From the NCBI GenBank assembly GCA_002269645.1, contig NIVC01002367.1, positions 62,001 through 126,000 on the forward strand: 64,000 nt of DNA, given 5' to 3'. The position numbers and the translations under genes are program-made. This stretch comes from Macrostomum lignano. Lineage: Eukaryota. Below the pieces are notes generated by a model. It searched no databases and was not told the origin of the DNA. It was given only the letters and a program-made list of their open reading frames with translations. Positions 58,432 to 64,000 of the stretch are shown piece after piece; positions within the stretch are counted from its first letter, which is position 1; each line of letters starts with the position of its first letter.

Positions 58432-61400
58432 ATGCCGCCGAAAGGACCTGGAAGGAAGGCTAAGCGCGCTACCTACGGGCGTCCATTCGAGTCTAAAAAG
58501 AAGCCGCCAGCCGCCGCTATTGATTGCAAGACAGGCGAAACTGCTGCTGCTGCTGCTCTTGAGCCTGAATCAAGCACTCCTGCTGTCGCTTCTGTTGTAT
58601 CGGAAGTTACGAATTTCGCAGTTGCTGCTGCTGCTTCTGGTGGTTCTGACAATGTAGTTACTGTTGAAGATGCGACTGTAGACTATGATTTGCGCAATGC
58701 TGCTGCTGCCTTGCAGGAGAGTGGATTGTGTGACGAAACTCGTGGTAAGCTTGTGTTGCTTCTTGCCATTGCCAACTTTCACAGACGAATAGGTTGTAAC
58801 GGAACCTGAATAGTTGGATTCAGATGTCATGAAACTTGGATGATAAAGTTTAGAATGCTATTGCAATCTATATGCTTGAATTATAAGCCAATAACTTAGT
58901 ATATTCACCCTAATGTGCTTCAGACTGCCCAATTCCTGTTGTCGTGTCTACTACGGATGAATTAACAGGACAACAAGCTGAATTGGACGAAGCTGCTGCT
59001 GCACTCAGAGAAGCAGGTTTTGGCCACACTGACGGTAAGTCCTGCCTTAGTTTAGTGTCTTTTTTTGGGTGGCATAGTTTTTTAAATCAAGACTTTGAAA
59101 TTTAATGAATGCTGATATTGAATCTACAAGTGACACTACTGTTATTTAAGATTGGAATGTTTGGCCATATCTCGAATTTCTCAATAGAGACATTCCACAA
59201 CTGTTAATTTGTATTTTGTCAATGTAGCATTGTATTTGATTTGACTGACGTTGTTTTTTCAGTCTAACTTCAAGACTTTTTAGAGAAAAGCGATTTTGAA
59301 AAGTCATGGTTCGAAGGAATATTCTTTCATCAATATTTAAAGCGCCATTTTCGAACCAGTCTCGTTAGAGGATTTTTTTGCTGGTTGGGTGGGTTTTCAT
59401 GGAAAATTAAGATTAATAGTTTCAGTTTTGGAAGTGGGGTTTTCAGTATTCAGTTAAGTCACTGCAGATATAAGTTGCTGAGGGTTGTAAAGCACTAGAA
59501 CTATAGTGCTGTAAAGTCAGACCAAGGTAATCTGATCCAATTCTTGATTACAAAAAGTACGTCTTTTAACTTCAAAGGTGTCGCGACTCTGGAAGATGAC
59601 ACGGAGGACCGAGGGAGTCTGGCGACGCTACAAGTTGGCCGTGCCCCACAATGGATGCCTTTGTCTGCCTGCTGGTTGAAGCGAATCCCAGGTGATGGAA
59701 ACTGCTTCTTTTCGGCTCTGTCGGATCAATTGCAAGGCACAGCTTTGGAAATGAACGCAGATAATCTTCGACAAGCGCTGGCAATTCAGCTAGAGAATTG
59801 GATCGACAGCGCGGAGAACGACACTGGCATTTCCGAAGCAGAGTGGCGCGATTTGTTGGAAAAGACCAAACGAAAAGGCGAATATGTTTCTGACCACGTG
59901 GCTTCAGCAGCAGCTAGACTGCTTGGCATCGAGATCTATGTGTACCAGGACATGGACGCTGGTTCGAATCTCGACGGCATTTATCTAGGCCCAGTTGGTG
60001 TGGAACCGCGAGCGACAGTTCGATTGCATTTCAATCGGCAAGCTGAGCATTACCAGTCGGTACATGTGCGTCAATCGTCTCGTCTAGCCGCTGTGGATGA
60101 TGGCGCAGCCAAGATGATGCCGCCGCCGCCGCCGCCGCCTCCTGCGATTCCGATGCAGTGTTGCGCAGAAAGTGCAAGAATGGAAAGAAGTGAAATGTAA
60201 CCGACGAGCATGCAAGAGGGTTCCAGGTGCGACTGATGTAGACAACAAGTTTAGCATTAGAGTCGACGAGAATCGGTTCAATGTACTATGGAATGTCGAC
60301 CTAGATGCGGAAGAGGAGGAGCCAAATCTCTCTGTGTGTAGCGGCGATGATTCAACGAGCAAGGTTTCGTCGAGTGTTTCGCGGCGGAGTCGTCGAAATC
60401 GAAGTGTTCCCAGCTGTCCTACGCGACGTAGCAGTCGTTTAAGCGCGAAAGCGTGCAGCAGCAGCAATGCGTCTGTATTGTCGTCAGCAGAAACACCTGA
60501 CAGTTTCGCTTCAAGTGTAGTTCGTCGCCGAAAGCGATTTGTCAAGCCTGGCAGTCCAACGCGTCGAAGCGAGCGATTACTAGCCAAGAAAAGGCGTATG
60601 GAAGAAGGTGACGACGCTTCTTCAGTTGGTGCATTGAATTTAAGCAGCATTGGAGCGGCTACTGAGTCGGACAAAGTGAGCTGCATTGCACGGGAGGAAG
60701 AATTCAAGTTGGCAAGTGTAGTTCTGGAAGAGAGCAATGATTATCAACGACCGGCAAAGACTAAGTCTCAACAAAGAGGAGAACAAAATGGTCAAAGCAA
60801 GAGTCGAAGTTCACCAAGAAAAAAGGCCAGAAATCGGAGACAGGCCTAGCCAGGCGACTATTTCTGGCTATTGGAGCACGTGTGATGTTGACTCGGAATC
60901 TATCTGTGCAAAATGGCCTGGTGAATGGCTCGGTTGGTACGGTTCGTGGCATCTGCTATGCGAATAGAAAGAAGCCGCCAAAGGATTTGCCCGACTGCGT
61001 TTGGGTTGAATTCGAGCGCTACAATGGTCCGGCAATGCAAGCCATGCGGCTGACCAGAGGAGATGGTAGTAGCAGCAGCAGCAGGGAGTGTGCGTCATCA
61101 ATTTCTGTTGTGCCAATTCTGCCAGTGTCGAGCCAGTGGCTTCAGCGAGGCGCCAGCTTGTCGAGACAGCAGTTTCCGCTGAGGCTAGCCTGGGCAATCA
61201 CTATTCACAAGTCGCAAGGCCTAACGATTGACAAGGCGTTTGTACAGCTGGGTAAGGGCCGCAAGTCGCCGCCAGCAGGTCTGTACTACACTGCCGTGAG
61301 TAGAGTTCGTGCCTTGTCTGATCTGTTTGTTACCTGTTGCGATTTCGTTAGATTTCAGCGCCTATTTTCTACAGGTGGTATTCTGGCACAGGTAAATGAG

Positions 61401-61433
61401 CAGAAGCGTCTATTAGCTTTGTGCGAGAAATGA
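58432..61433 (+). pseudogene. Helitron2/Helentron-like deletion derivative: spliced N-terminal exons, OTU protease, low-complexity linker, Pif1-type helicase C-terminus
   Basis: Exons 58432-58744, 58924-59034 and 59578 onward join in phase 1. OTU IPGDGNCFFSALSDQL...HYQSV; frameshift ~60170; helicase MLTRNL..GLVNGSVG, QFPLRLAWAITIHKSQGLT, LYYTAVSRV begins abruptly at ~60842. Confidence 0.8.
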
Positions 61434-61729
61434 GCCAGCAGCAATTGGCGTTGTTGATATTATAGTAATGTAGTTATTAGTCACTCGGTATTGAGTGGGT
61501 GTTACGCGCAGCGAAAATCTAGCGTTGACGTTCTACACAGCAGACATGGCAATATAGCGTTTATTTATATTACTACTAGAAAGTAGTCGCCTACCATGGA
61601 AGGTTAGATTTTTCTGCGCATAATCTTATGCCTATTGTCAACGCTAGTGCATGGTGGGCCAGGATTTTAGAAATTTATATAAGTCGTTGATAATGGAATT
61701 CCATTCCATTGCCTAGCCTCATTAAATTA

Positions 61730-62600
61730 TGAGTGTCAAGGCGGTCTACTGTGCATGTGGTTGCTCTTGTTTAGCACAAATTCTCTTGCATTCTGCAGGC
61801 TGTGATAATTTCAGCATTATTCAGCAGACAGAATAGTGTGCTAAGCATTCGCGCCTTAGAAGGTGGGCAATCGTGAGGTGAAAAGCTTTCCTAGCTGTGA
61901 TAATATACTGTTCGGATAGATAGGTTTATGCACAGTAGACAATGCAGTACTGCGGTATATAGCTTAGGAAAGTTGAAATGTGTGCCAAATGATTAAATAA
62001 TTGCCTCTGCTCATTAAGTATGGGCAGTATGGCGGTCTACTGTGCACTTTGTTCGCCCTTGTGTGACACACCACTATTGCGTTTTGCCCACTGATAATGT
62101 GACACTATTCAAACGTTGTCCAGTTAACAAGATGCGTGTCACTCATGCGCCTTAGAAGGTGGGCGTTCGAATTTCATAAAGTTTATATTAGAATTGCCGA
62201 CGATAGTGCGCAGTAGGCAATGCAGTACTGCGGTGATACGACTCTCGACTCTTTGCCTAGACTCATTATGTATGAGTACTATAGCGGCTTGCTATGCACG
62301 TGGTTGCCTTCAGGTAGCACCTTATTGTGTGCTACTCGTTCGCCTTAGAAGGTGGGCAATCGATTAATGGTTTAATACCAGAACTTTAATGTCGGCCTTA
62401 GTTTGTGCATAGCAGGCACTGCAATATTGCGACGGCCTATGGCCTAGGTAGGAAACACATTGCCGTGGCTCATTAGAATGAGTTCATTGGCGGTCTGCTG
62501 TGTAGGTGGTTGCACTTGGGCAGCAGCACAGTATACTGTTTTATTCAGCATGCAGAAAAGTGTGCTGCCCATTCGCCTTAAGCGTGCAATCGTTATTAAT
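61730..62600. repeat. Degenerate ~200-290 bp tandem repeats downstream of the helicase
   Basis: CGCCTTAGAAGGTGGGC-like block at ~61852, 62148, 62340 and 62574; GGCGGTCTACTGTG-like block at ~61740, 62031 and 62491. Confidence 0.7.
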
Positions 62601-62794
62601 CTATTGGCGAATTGGCTGCGTGTAACATCGCCCGCAAAATGTGCAGTAAAGGTCCGTCAAAGTGTGAGCGGCATCGTTTGGCATTGCTTTGATATTGCTT
62701 AAAGAAATAATAGTTTGCCTACCAAACAAAAAGGCTATTTTACTTTTGAAATATTTAAGATTGATAAAATATCCTCTTCTACCGACTAGCTATT

Positions 62795-63855
62795 TTAGCA
62801 TGATTTCGGCTCCATTATATCAGCTTCTGCGAAAGAAATCACAGCCAAAGAAATTCACTTGGACAGAAAAGTGTCAAGAGGCTTTTGATCGTCTGAAGAA
62901 ATGTTTACAAGAAGACGTCGTGTTAGCTTTTCCGGACGTAAGAAAAGAATATAAACTAGTAACAGATGCATCAGATGTCGCATTGGGAGCAGTTTTGACG
63001 CAAAAGGATGATGAAGGAAGAGAGAGAGTTGTATCCTATTATTCCAAGACATTACAATCGGCAGAAACTCGGTATTCAGTCACCGAGAGGGAACTACTGG
63101 CAGTTGTTTCAGCAGTAAAATTCTTTCACAGGCTACTCTTTGGAGCTCGATTTACGGTGCAAGTCGATCACAAGCCGTTGCTGACGATAATAAAAGATAG
63201 AGGTATTATGGAAACAAACTCACGAGTAACGAGATCAGTTCTGTTTCTTTCTGAATACCAGATGAAGATAACCTACTGTCCTGGAAACTCGACGAAGCAT
63301 GCAATTGCTGATTATTTAAGCCGACTTACACCAGCAGACGTAGACGAAATCAATTTAATACATCCTGTCCCATCGACACAGAAGATACAGCAAGAACAGA
63401 GGAAAGACTCCTCTCTGAGCAAATTGATCAAGGTGATGGAGGGTGGAGACTTACCGAATGGGAAATCGAAAGAGGATAGATTTATCAGGAAGAATATTCA
63501 TCAGTACAGGATGGAAGGAGACATCGTATATTTGAAAAAACCTGTGAAGGACGAAAAATTCGACACAAATTATGAAGGCCCCTTTACCGTCAGAAAAGTA
63601 ATAGGCGATTCCACAGTCGCAATTCAAAGACCGGAAAATGAACAGAACGAGGAAGCTAGAACAGTAAACGCCAATAGGTTGAAGAGACTATTGTCAGGCC
63701 CACCAATAGCAGTTCCACCATTCTCTGAAGAAACCAATGGCAACACAACACATGATGCGCATAAAATCAGATTGCACAAATCCAACGCCACGCAGACAGA
63801 AGTAACAGAGGAATCAGCTTGTAAGAGATTCACTTTGCGTCCACGCAAGAACTAG
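62795..63855 (+). pseudogene. Gypsy pol fragment (RT thumb, RNase H, integrase C-terminal GPF region), integrase core missing
   Basis: FTWTEKCQEAF, VTDASDVALGAVL, YSVTERELLAV, VDHKPL, ADYLSR, then directly KFDTNYEGPFTV. Confidence 0.85.
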
Positions 63856-64000
63856 AACCATGAATATCCTGAACGACTTTGAGCGCCGAGCATGGATCTA
63901 CCATAGGATCCACTTCTTTCAATGGTTCTCCCCCCTACTGCCGGGTTATAAGGAAAGAGTAATACCCATCTTGGAAGATATCCGAACGGAAGCACGTAGA

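Overview
Repeat-dense animal genomic DNA, not prokaryotic: spliceosomal introns, (TAACCC)n tracts, and LTR, Helitron and Penelope-type elements. The composition is compatible with an invertebrate such as a flatworm, but the species cannot be fixed from sequence alone. 1-11.3 kb: two decayed BEL/Pao retrotransposons and one Gypsy. 11.3-28 kb: head-to-tail Helitrons (CTAG|TC junctions) carrying satellites and a tRNA-like module, including an intron-containing RepHel pseudogene interrupted by a non-coding LTR element whose interior is a 102-bp tandem array. 28-50 kb is the most unusual part. It holds a 3-exon zinc-finger/tyrosine-recombinase-like gene, an intact 3-exon gene (~970 aa) ending in a CRESS/parvovirus-like Rep-SF3 helicase, and an acidic ORF with RPA-binding-like motifs. 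An 8-13 bp motif (CCATAGAC / GTCTATGG) brackets the first two genes in inverted orientation and also occurs as a head-to-tail palindromic junction. 52-64 kb: another Helitron satellite unit, a three-LTR copy of the non-coding LTR element, an unknown exon, a hammerhead-bearing Penelope-like remnant, an OTU + helicase Helentron-like deletion derivative and a Gypsy pol fragment. Domain calls are by eye from motifs; no searches were run.
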